Source of the DNA: Acidobacteriota bacterium
GTDB lineage: Bacteria > Acidobacteriota > UBA6911 > JACQSX01
NCBI GenBank assembly: GCA_036507075.1
Contig: DASXQR010000116.1
Span: forward strand, 1 to 35,255
Direction of reading: 5' to 3'
Length of the DNA stretch: 35,255 bases
The translations under genes and the position numbers were made by a program. Every line of letters begins with the position of its first letter. The stretch's first letter is position 1. The notes under the pieces are model-generated. The model was not told the DNA's origin. It did not search any database and saw only the letters and a program-made list of their open reading frames with translations. This document shows, piece after piece, positions 27,598-35,255 of the stretch.

Positions 27598-28476
27598 TTA
27601 TAGCTCTCCCCGGAGATATCGTGTGAATCGCTTCACAGTAACTTGGCCCTTTCCACCGGTCCGGGAAGCAATCCACTTTCCCACGGACAGGCCGGTGTCC
27701 TTGATAAACGGCTGTTCGTACAGGCAGACGTCAGAATAGAACTTTGAAAGTTTTCCTTCAACAATTTTGTCCACCACGTTTGCCGGTTTCCCTTCCTTCA
27801 GTGCCTGTTCCCTATAAATCTCCCGCTCGCGCGCCAGGTCCTCCTGAGTCACCTGGTCCTTGCTTATGTATCGCGGGTCGGACGCCGCAATATGCATCGC
27901 CAGGTCCTTCCCGACTTCTTTCAGAGCCGCTTCGTTCCCCTGGGCGGAAAGCTCCACCAGGACTCCCACTTTTCCACCGCCGTGGATATAGGCTTCGCAG
28001 AATTCTCCCTGGTAATGGACGAAGCGACGGACCAGGATATTCTCTCCGATCGTGGCGATTCGCCCCGCCACAAACTGTCCCCAATTGCCGCTTCCGCCTT
28101 CCACCGCCTGGTCATACAAAGCCGGCCCCTCGCCCGGGTCTTCGCTGCGGATCTTCCCCGGTTTGTGGGAGGAGATATGAGCGGCAACTCTTTGCACCAG
28201 ATCCCTGAACTGGTCAGTCTTGGCAACAAAATCCGTTTCGCAGTTGACTTCAACCAGCACTCCGGTGCGATGATCTTCGCTGACGTAAGCGGCCACGACG
28301 CCGTCCTTAGCCGCGCGTCCCGCCTTCTTGGCTGCCGTCGCCAGCCCCTTTTTTCGGAGGATTGTGATCGCCTGATCCACGCTCCCACTGGCTTCCTGCA
28401 GGGCGGCCTTGCACTCCATAAAACCGGCTCCGGTTTTGTCGCGCAACTGTTTTACCTGTTCGGCTGAAATCGCCAT
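27598..28476 (-). CDS. tsf: Elongation factor Ts (start ATG 28476)
   Basis: VKQLRDKTGAGFMECK, EVNCETDFVA, AMHIAA; GGAGG RBS at 28484-28488. Confidence 0.97.
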   Translation of the reverse strand: MAISAEQVKQLRDKTGAGFMECKAALQEASGSVDQAITILRKKGLATAAKKAGRAAKDGVVAAYVSEDHRTGVLVEVNCETDFVAKTDQFRDLVQRVAAHISSHKPGKIRSEDPGEGPALYDQAVEGGSGNWGQFVAGRIATIGENILVRRFVHYQGEFCEAYIHGGGKVGVLVELSAQGNEAALKEVGKDLAMHIAASDPRYISKDQVTQEDLAREREIYREQALKEGKPANVVDKIVEGKLSKFYSDVCLYEQPFIKDTGLSVGKWIASRTGGKGQVTVKRFTRYLRGEL

Positions 28477-28509
28477 GGGTAATCCTCCTGATGTCGTTGC
28501 CATCTTCGG

Positions 28510-28553
28510 AAAAAAAAAGCCTTTCGAAATTGTACCTTGAGATTTCGAAAGGC
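28510..28553 (-). terminator. Intrinsic terminator/attenuator between rpsB and tsf
   Basis: 12-bp stem GCCTTTCGAAAT/ATTTCGAAAGGC followed by T9 on the minus strand. Confidence 0.8.
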
Positions 28554-28565
28554 CGACAACCAAAG

Positions 28566-28742
28566 ACTGAACCGCAAAGCGCGCCAAGAACGCCAAGAGA
28601 TGAATGGATCGACCTGATTCACTCCCTGCCTGTGGCTGACAACGATCGAGAGCTCACAACGATCGACAAGTGCGCCAGGGCGGTGCGAGCAGGCCTACGA
28701 CACCGCGCTAAACAAGATGCTTAGCGTTCTTGGCGGTTCAGT
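28566..28742. repeat. CGCCAAGAA-family hairpin element with ~120-nt spacer between rpsB and tsf
   Basis: ACTGAACCGCAAAGCGCGCCAAGAACGCCAAG ... CTTAGCGTTCTTGGCGGTTCAGT. Confidence 0.85.
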
Positions 28743-28754
28743 TTTTCTGAAGGG

Positions 28755-29714
28755 CTAGGATTCGGTTTCGATGGGAACGTCGTTGACGGCCGAGACAGAG
28801 GCATCGCCGCCTTCGGAGCCTGCCGCCTCGACGCCGGCGGCCTTGCGTTTTGCGGGACCCCGGCCTTTGCGCTCGCCCGTCGCGGGCTGTTCCAGCCTCA
28901 CGTCGGCAGCCTGCTCCATGGACTCAGATTCATCGATCTCGAACTCGGGCGCGCCCACTGCCCGGCGCGCGGCTTCCCCGGCTCCCCCGGCTTCGGCTTC
29001 ATCCTTGGCTTCAATTTCGCGGCTCATCTGGAAGGCCTGTTGTCCGGCGACAATCGCATCGGCAATGGTCGAAGCAAAGAGCCGCACCGCGCGCAAAGCA
29101 TCATCATTGCCCGGAATCACAAAATCCACGTCGTCGGGGTCGCAGTTTGTGTCCACCACAGCGACAATCGGAATGCCGAGCTTTTTGGCTTCCTGGACCG
29201 CGATAGCTTCTTTTTTCGAATCGATCACAAACAGCGCATCCGGCAGGCCGGGCATGTCCCTGATCCCGAGCAGGTTCTTCTCCAATTGCCGGCGTTCGCG
29301 CTCCAAACGGGCCATTTCCTTTTTCGACAGCCGCTCGTAATGGCCGTTCAGCTTCATCGTTTCCAGTTCCTTGAAGCGCTTAATACTGTTCTGAATGGTG
29401 GTAAAGTTGGTGAGCAGGCCTCCCAGCCAGCGGTTATTGACATAAAACATGCCGCAGCGGGAGGCTTCTTCGACGATTGCTTCCTGCGCCTGACGCTTGG
29501 TTCCTACAAAGAGAATCGTTTTTCCCTGAGCTGCCACATCAGTGATGAAATCAACGGCTTCCTTGAATAACCGGATGGTTTTTTGTAAATCGATGATGTA
29601 GATGCCGTTTCTTTCTCCGAAAATATAAGGCTTCATTTTCGGATTCCACCGCTTTGTCTGGTGGCCGAAATGCACTCCAGCCTCCAGCAATTGCTTCATT
29701 GAAATAGCAGCCAA
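28755..29714 (-). CDS. rpsB: 30S ribosomal protein S2 with acidic C-terminal extension (TTG start)
   Basis: [40 protein letters not shown]. Confidence 0.98.
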   Translation of the reverse strand: MAAISMKQLLEAGVHFGHQTKRWNPKMKPYIFGERNGIYIIDLQKTIRLFKEAVDFITDVAAQGKTILFVGTKRQAQEAIVEEASRCGMFYVNNRWLGGLLTNFTTIQNSIKRFKELETMKLNGHYERLSKKEMARLERERRQLEKNLLGIRDMPGLPDALFVIDSKKEAIAVQEAKKLGIPIVAVVDTNCDPDDVDFVIPGNDDALRAVRLFASTIADAIVAGQQAFQMSREIEAKDEAEAGGAGEAARRAVGAPEFEIDESESMEQAADVRLEQPATGERKGRGPAKRKAAGVEAAGSEGGDASVSAVNDVPIETES

Positions 29715-29729
29715 ACAAATCCTCCTCTG

Positions 29730-30122
29730 CTAGCGTTTAGAAAACTGAAATCTCTTGCGCGCGCCCTTTTGACCATATTTCTTTCGCTCCTTGATTCGCG
29801 GATCGCGCGTCAGCAATCCTGCCTTCTTGAGACGCGGGCGAAGCTCATTGTTGAAATCAATCAGCGCCTTGGTAATTCCCAGCCGGATCGCCCCGGCTTG
29901 ACCCGAGACACCGCCGCCGTCAACGTTGGCATAAATATCAAATTTTCCAATATTTTCGGTCAGCAGAAGGGGCTGTTTGACCACCATGCGCTGCGTCTCG
30001 TTTCGAAAATACTCAGCGAAATCCGAACGGTTCACCACAATCTCTCCGGTGCCTGGCATCAGAAATACCCGAGCTGTGGAGCTCTTTCGGCGACCGGTTC
30101 CGTAATACTGGATCTTTTCCAA
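29730..30122 (-). CDS. rpsI: 30S ribosomal protein S9 (TTG start)
   Basis: [34 protein letters not shown]. Confidence 0.98.
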   Translation of the reverse strand: MEKIQYYGTGRRKSSTARVFLMPGTGEIVVNRSDFAEYFRNETQRMVVKQPLLLTENIGKFDIYANVDGGGVSGQAGAIRLGITKALIDFNNELRPRLKKAGLLTRDPRIKERKKYGQKGARKRFQFSKR

Positions 30123-30143
30123 ACAATACTCCTGTGCGGGATT

Positions 30144-30578
30144 CTAAATCTGAATGGGAATAGGTTTTTGAGCCTGATGGGGATGTTGGCCGGCGCGATA
30201 AACCTTCAGTTTTCCGGTCATGGCCCGACCCAGTTTGTTTTTGGGCAGCATACCGGAGACTGCGTCCTCGATCAGATCTTCTGGAAAACGCCGCAGCCGG
30301 TCGCGAGCGGAGATTTCCTTCAATCCGCCCGGAATACCACTGTGGCGTCGATAAAGCTTCTGATCGAGTTTGCGACCGGTGAGGCGCACTTTAGCGGCGT
30401 TCACAATCACGACAAAAGAGCCGGTATCCAGGAAGTCGGTATACTCGGCGCGATCTTTGCCCATCAGCAATGTTGCCACCCGGCTCGCAAGGCGACCAAG
30501 CACCACGCCCTCGGCATCGATGACATACCACTTTCGATTTTTCCGCAATTCGTCTATTTTGGGCAAATAAGTCTTCAC
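30144..30578 (-). CDS. rplM: 50S ribosomal protein L13 (GTG start)
   Basis: WYVIDAEG..LGRLAS, GMLPKNKLG, HPHQAQ. Confidence 0.98.
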   Translation of the reverse strand: MKTYLPKIDELRKNRKWYVIDAEGVVLGRLASRVATLLMGKDRAEYTDFLDTGSFVVIVNAAKVRLTGRKLDQKLYRRHSGIPGGLKEISARDRLRRFPEDLIEDAVSGMLPKNKLGRAMTGKLKVYRAGQHPHQAQKPIPIQI

Positions 30579-30623
30579 ACCAACTCCGACACTACGTCAC
30601 ACCATTCACAAAGCGAAACCCTT

Positions 30624-30652
30624 AACTTACAGAAAAATAAAAGGAGTGTCAA
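30624..30652 (-). promoter_or_regulatory. Sigma70 promoter of the rplM operon
   Basis: TTGACA-17 nt-TAAGTT on the minus strand. Confidence 0.7.
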
Positions 30653-30742
30653 CGCTGTTTTTTCCCATTGGCACGGCTTCTATAGGGCCATTTCAGCGAT
30701 GCGATAGATGCTTCTAAACACAGCATTTTTTGTCTCTGTCCC

Positions 30743-30758
30743 TGTGAGTGAGGTCACA
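30743..30758. promoter_or_regulatory. CRP/Vfr-type binding site
   Basis: Perfect TGTGA-N6-TCACA (TGTGAGTGAGGTCACA). Confidence 0.7.
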
Positions 30759-30785
30759 GCAACTTTCGTCAAATTTTATTACCCT

Positions 30786-30815
30786 TTGCCAATGTTCTGA
30801 CACTTTTTGTATTCT
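30786..30815 (+). promoter_or_regulatory. Candidate sigma70 promoter of pilMNOPQ
   Basis: TTGCCA-18 nt-TATTCT. Confidence 0.5.
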
Positions 30816-30902
30816 GTGGGCAGTCTCGGGCCCTTTTCCCCCCGCATTGGTGCGGGTCAGGGAATACCGTTAGAGCCTGTCCCCAATTTTCCGGTCAAAT
30901 AC

Positions 30903-31955
30903 ATGCTGGCACGAAGCAAACAACTTGTTGGATTAGATATCGGTTCTTCAGTAGTAAAGGCAGTTGAGCTGCGCGAAATGAAAAGCGGCGAATACGAGCT
31001 GTCCACGCTCGGCATGGAACGCCTGCCCTCGGACGCAATCGTTGACGGCGCAATCATCTCCAAGATCCCTGTGGCAGATGCGATCAACAAGATCTTTAAG
31101 GAGAAAAAAATCAAGGGCCGCAAGGTAGCCACCTCTCTTTCGGGCCACTCGGTGATCGTTAAGAAGGTGACGGTCCCTCTGCAAACCCCTGAAGAGCTTG
31201 ACGAATCCATCCAGTGGGAGGCGGAACAGTATATTCCGTTCGACATCTCCGACGTTCACATGGATTACCACATCCTGAACGAGAACCCGGCGGCGGGGAA
31301 TATGGACATCATCCTGGTCGCCGTGAAGAAAGAAAAAGTGATGGATCAGACGGGCGTAATTTCCATGGCGGGCAAGATCCCGGTCGTAATTGATGTGGAC
31401 GCGTTCGCGCTGCAAAACGCCTACGAAGTGAATTATAAGCCGGGACCTGACGACGTGGTGGCGCTGCTGAACGTGGGAGCCAGCACCATGACGCTGAATA
31501 TTGTGCGCGGCAGCGAGTTTGTCTTCACCCGCGACATCACCATCGGCGGAAACCATTACCTGGATTTCTTCCAGAAGGAAATGCACGTCATGGAGGAGGA
31601 CGCCGAACGTCTGAAGCGGGGAGACTTCCGCGACGACGAGGAGCGGACCCAGGCGGAAAAGATTCTGAGGACGGTCTCGGAAATCTTAGCGCTTGAAATT
31701 CAGAAGACAGTGGATTACTTTAAGGCAACCTCCTCAACGTTTGAAATCAAGAAATTATACCTTTCGGGCGGCGGTTGCCATATTCCAGGCCTGAAAGAAC
31801 ATTTTGAAGACAAGCTGCAGATCCCGGTCGAGTTGTTTGACGCATTCCGTGCAATCAAACAGTTGCCTGACGGTCTGACGCGAAATTACCTTGAGACCAT
31901 CGCCCCCGACATGGCAGTCGCCGTCGGTCTGGCGTTGCGATCCGGAAGCGAGTAA
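30903..31955 (+). CDS. pilM: Type IV pilus assembly protein PilM (ATG 30903 preferred)
   Basis: VGLDIGSS.VKAVEL, EAEQYIPF, DVDAFAL.NAYE, LSGGG, AVGLALR. Confidence 0.95.
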   Translation: MLARSKQLVGLDIGSSVVKAVELREMKSGEYELSTLGMERLPSDAIVDGAIISKIPVADAINKIFKEKKIKGRKVATSLSGHSVIVKKVTVPLQTPEELDESIQWEAEQYIPFDISDVHMDYHILNENPAAGNMDIILVAVKKEKVMDQTGVISMAGKIPVVIDVDAFALQNAYEVNYKPGPDDVVALLNVGASTMTLNIVRGSEFVFTRDITIGGNHYLDFFQKEMHVMEEDAERLKRGDFRDDEERTQAEKILRTVSEILALEIQKTVDYFKATSSTFEIKKLYLSGGGCHIPGLKEHFEDKLQIPVELFDAFRAIKQLPDGLTRNYLETIAPDMAVAVGLALRSGSE

Positions 31956-31960
31956 GCCTT

Positions 31961-32500
31961 ATGATTCGAATTAATTTACTTCGCCAAAAAGTAGCCACCG
32001 GCGGCGCGATGGTGTCGGAAAAGCCGAACATCGCCTTTCTGGCAATCGGGTTGTTGTGCATTACGGTTCTGGCCATGGGCGCCTGGTGGTGGGTGCTGAC
32101 CTCTGAAATCAACACCAAACAGCAGGATGTCACCCGCCTTGAGGGCGAGGCCCGCCGTCTGGCCGACGTGCAGCGACAGGTCGCTCAGTTTGAAAAGCAG
32201 AAGGCGCTCCTGGAAGAGCGTATCGCGGTAATTGAGCGCCTCAAGAGCAACCAGACCGGCCCGGTCAACCTGCTCGACAGCATTATCAACGCCATCCCCG
32301 ACAGACCGACATTGTGGCTGACCAGTCTGTCGCAGAAGACCGGGGATATAACCATCGAAGGCCGGTCCTTCGACGTTCCCTCCATTGCCGACTTCATCGC
32401 AAATCTCAGCCGAAGCCGGCCTTTTAAATTCGTGGAGCTCGCTTACTGGCAGGAAGAAGATCCTGCAATTAAGTTCGCTCTTAATTGCAAATTGAAGTGA
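31961..32500 (+). CDS. pilN: Type IV pilus assembly protein PilN
   Basis: MIRINLL PilM-binding motif, TM, coiled coil, LWLTSL. Confidence 0.9.
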   Translation: MIRINLLRQKVATGGAMVSEKPNIAFLAIGLLCITVLAMGAWWWVLTSEINTKQQDVTRLEGEARRLADVQRQVAQFEKQKALLEERIAVIERLKSNQTGPVNLLDSIINAIPDRPTLWLTSLSQKTGDITIEGRSFDVPSIADFIANLSRSRPFKFVELAYWQEEDPAIKFALNCKLK

Positions 32501-32503
32501 CTT

Positions 32504-33085
32504 ATGGCTCTTAAAGATTCAAGACTTGCAAATCTTCCGTTTCGTACGCAGGTAATTCTGCTGTCCGTGCTGCTCGCCGCCATTGCCTACGTTTTCTATG
32601 TTTATTTCATCGCTCCCAAGCGTTTGGTGGCCCGCGATCTTGATGAACGCACCAAGGCCCTCACCGCCGAAGTGCAGCGCGGTTTGATCGTGGAAGCGAG
32701 ACTTCCCCAGTTCAAGGCGGAAATCGCGCGGCAACGTGATTACTTGAACAATCTTCGCAACATACTTCCAGAAGAAAAGGAAACCGCCGATATCGTTCGC
32801 CGGGTCGAGCAGCTGGCGGTTTCGTCGAACCTCAGGATCAAGAGTTTTACACCGCAGCAAACCGTACAGCGTGACTTCTACGAAGACTGGCCCATCCTGA
32901 TTTCCGTCGAGGGCTCTTACGACAATCTGGGCACCTTTTTCGAGAAAGTGGGAAAGTTCACACGCATCATTAATGTGGACAACCTCTCGATTAAGGGAGT
33001 GGAGAGCAACACTTCGCAGAAAACGCTTTCGGCTACCTGCACGGCAACCACCTTTGTCTTTTTGGAAACGAAGAATCAATCGTGA
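32504..33085 (+). CDS. pilO: Type IV pilus assembly protein PilO
   Basis: TM, coiled coil, ILPEEKE, FY.DWPI.ISVEGSY..LG.FF, RIINV. Confidence 0.9.
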   Translation: MALKDSRLANLPFRTQVILLSVLLAAIAYVFYVYFIAPKRLVARDLDERTKALTAEVQRGLIVEARLPQFKAEIARQRDYLNNLRNILPEEKETADIVRRVEQLAVSSNLRIKSFTPQQTVQRDFYEDWPILISVEGSYDNLGTFFEKVGKFTRIINVDNLSIKGVESNTSQKTLSATCTATTFVFLETKNQS

Positions 33086-33558
33086 GATACCTAACTTCTA
33101 TCGCCGTCACGCTTACGTTACTTATTCTCCCCTGTCTGGGACAGAGCCCGCGCTCTCAACCGGACCGCAATGCCGCCAAGGGAAAGCAGGCGCCAGGTGG
33201 TTACCTGCAGCGCAACAACAAGCGCGATCCCTTTAAGCCGCTGATTACCAAAAAGGAGGAGAAGCCCAAAGAAGTTACCGCGCTTCCGAAATTCCGGCCC
33301 GCCGGTTTGCCTGGCCTGGCGGTTTCCGAGGTGATGGTCATCGGCATCGCAGCCAATAAGAATGCCAGGATTGCGGTGCTTCAGAGCAAAGAAGGAAAAG
33401 AGAAGCTCAGTTATTTCGCCAAGGTTGGTGACAAGCTTTTCAACGGCAGTATTACCGCAATTGACGCCGATAAGGTCACGTTCACGGAGGAGTTCACTTC
33501 CTCCGATGGTAAGAAGTCGCAGAAAACACTCACAAAGAAACTCTACGCTGAGATGTAG
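33082..33558 (+). CDS. PilP-like periplasmic pilus assembly protein
   Basis: Signal peptide, RDPF motif, KVGDKL..G.I..I; lies between pilO and pilQ. Confidence 0.7.
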   Translation: MRYLTSIAVTLTLLILPCLGQSPRSQPDRNAAKGKQAPGGYLQRNNKRDPFKPLITKKEEKPKEVTALPKFRPAGLPGLAVSEVMVIGIAANKNARIAVLQSKEGKEKLSYFAKVGDKLFNGSITAIDADKVTFTEEFTSSDGKKSQKTLTKKLYAEM

Positions 33559-33582
33559 TTAAAACCAGCGAATGGTGAATGA

Positions 33583-34962
33583 ATGACGAAAAACAAGCTG
33601 CTAAATATTCTGGTTCTGTTCGTAATGGCATTCCCTTCCCTGGCAATCGGTGAAGCCCCTGTCGCCACTCAGGTGAACAATCCCGCACCGCCTGCCAGGG
33701 CGCAACGGCCGGCACCTCCACCTCCAGCGTCCGGCGTTTACACGGGCGAGCCGATCTCTTTGGACCTGGTCAATGTGGAACTGGTGGATTTCTTCCGCAT
33801 CGTTTCAGAGCTCAGCGGATTGAACATTATTATCGATCCGAATGTGGTCGGTACGATCACCATTCACGTTGACAACGTGCCCTGGGACCAGGTTTTCGAA
33901 ACCGTGCTGAAGAGCCACGGCCTCGAGAAGAAGATCGAAGGCAACGTGGTGCGAATCGCCACTAAGGACCGGCTCCGCCTCGAAGAAGAAGCCACCCAGA
34001 AACTGAAGAAAGCTTCCTTCCTGGCAACCGACACGGTCACCGTCACGCGCCGCCTGAATTACTCCAAGGCGCCCGAGGCGATCAAAGCCCTGGAAAAACA
34101 GCTTTCCGAAAGAGGCCAGATTAATATCGATGAGCGCACCAACACGCTCATCATCACCGACATTCCGGCCCAGATTGAAACGCTGCTGAATCTGGTCAAC
34201 CTTCTGGATATTCCCGAGCGCCAGGTGGAAATCGAAGCCAGGGTGGTTGAAGCCACCACGACTTTCTCCCGCGATCTGGGCGTTCAATTCGGTTTTCAGG
34301 TCGGAACTACGCCGGGCGTCACCGGCCGCACCGATCCCAACACTCTCAACACCAGGCTCCAGGATCCAAACCGCGAGCGCAATCTGGGCTTCGGCAGCGC
34401 CAATCTTCCGCCAAAAGACCCAACGACTCTGATCGGCTTCAGCCTGGGCAAGATTCTCGACACGTTCCAGTTGGATGCCGTTCTTTCCGCGGCTGAAACG
34501 CGCGGCGAAGCGCGCATCCTGAGCAAACCGCGCGTCTCGGCGCAAAACAATGCTGAGGCGAAAATCACGCAGGGATCGCGCATTCCCGTGCCCGTGACTC
34601 AGAATTTCACCACTACGGTGAGATTTGAAGAAGCGGCCTTGAAGCTGACGGTAACTCCGCAGATCACCGATCAAAACACGGTGCTTCTGAGGCTCAAGGT
34701 GGAAAACAACATTCCTGATTTCACCGTAACGGTGCTGGGCATCCCCGTCATTCTCACCAGCGAGTCTGAAACGCGCGTACTGGTGGAAAACGGTGGTACC
34801 ACGGTAATCGGCGGAATTTTTGTAGAGACAGAGCGGGACCGCAATAATAAGGTTCCGGGTCTTGCGAATATACCGATCGTAGGCAACGCGTTCAAGAACC
34901 AGAGGCGCGAGCGCGACACCCGCGAAATCCTTTTCTTTATCACGACACGCATCAGGTCCTGA
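33583..34962 (+). CDS. pilQ: Type IV pilus secretin PilQ (short, no AMIN domains)
   Basis: YTGEPISLD, VPWDQ, DERTNTLII, QVEIEARVVE, KVPGLANIP..G..F, FITTRI. Confidence 0.93.
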   Translation: MTKNKLLNILVLFVMAFPSLAIGEAPVATQVNNPAPPARAQRPAPPPPASGVYTGEPISLDLVNVELVDFFRIVSELSGLNIIIDPNVVGTITIHVDNVPWDQVFETVLKSHGLEKKIEGNVVRIATKDRLRLEEEATQKLKKASFLATDTVTVTRRLNYSKAPEAIKALEKQLSERGQINIDERTNTLIITDIPAQIETLLNLVNLLDIPERQVEIEARVVEATTTFSRDLGVQFGFQVGTTPGVTGRTDPNTLNTRLQDPNRERNLGFGSANLPPKDPTTLIGFSLGKILDTFQLDAVLSAAETRGEARILSKPRVSAQNNAEAKITQGSRIPVPVTQNFTTTVRFEEAALKLTVTPQITDQNTVLLRLKVENNIPDFTVTVLGIPVILTSESETRVLVENGGTTVIGGIFVETERDRNNKVPGLANIPIVGNAFKNQRRERDTREILFFITTRIRS

Positions 34963-34987
34963 CCTTCCCCCGTCCGGACCCCCCGCG

Positions 34988-35029
34988 CCGGCGCCAGCGT
35001 CTCCCCGGACACTGGCGCCGGTTTTTTTT
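34988..35029 (+). terminator. Intrinsic terminator after pilQ
   Basis: CCGGCGCCAG.GTC/GAC.CTGGCGCCGG stem followed by T8. Confidence 0.85.
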
Positions 35030-35030
35030 C

Positions 35031-35213
35031 GGTTGTCCGTTGTCCGCTGTCAGTTGGTGGTGGGCGTTGTCTTCCGCTGTCGACGTGATACGCTGTCCTC
35101 GCTCTTCATATCCAACCTTTTATCCTGTTCGCGGTTGGTAACTTTAGCTTTGATTCATCCGCGTTCCTCTGGACACCGACCACTAACAACTGACAACGGA
35201 CAACGGACCACTA
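35031..35213. repeat. Heptamer (GTCCGTT/AACGGAC) inverted tandem-repeat element, same family as 1893-2176
   Basis: GTTGTCCGTTGTCCGCTGTCAGTTG ... CCACTAACAACTGACAACGGACAACGGACCAC around a ~100-nt spacer. Confidence 0.85.
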
Positions 35214-35255
35214 CTGTCCGGTTAAAAGTTGAATAGAGAGAATTGTTTACAAAGG

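Noticed and set aside
28477..28596. 40-aa N-terminal extension of EF-Ts
   Set aside because: It crosses a terminator and a repeat arm; a strong RBS precedes ATG 28476.
30669..30685. Sigma54 promoter for the pil operon (TGGCACG...)
   Set aside because: The -24 element is present but the -12 position reads CTAT rather than TTGC.

Overview
A 35 kb bacterial chromosomal segment of mostly core genes, probably from an Acidobacteriota-like organism (inferred from an Oar-type TonB receptor, the rplM-rpsI-rpsB-tsf-pyrH-frr order and the repeat types). In order it carries: lipB-lipA, a small membrane protein and Na+/solute symporter, mgtE, an ORFan, a glycine-zipper protein, a TonB receptor/OPT/S9 peptidase cluster, mglBA divergent from a TPR-yvcK-glmU operon, carAB, lepB, a short LeuA-family enzyme, the translation operon, and pilMNOPQ with a perfect CRP-type box upstream. 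I found no tRNA, rRNA, CRISPR array or transposase. The most unusual signal is intergenic. About 16 elements built from short tandem repeats (6-, 7-, 9- and 10-nt units of several unrelated families) sit at gene junctions, mostly as two inverted arms around a short spacer, and often touch or supply a stop codon. Several spacers look like eroded starts of small genes, resembling four-helix-bundle or GxxExxY N-termini. This suggests emptied, MITE-like derivatives of a repeat-armed mobile cassette; that model is inference and needs searches to test.
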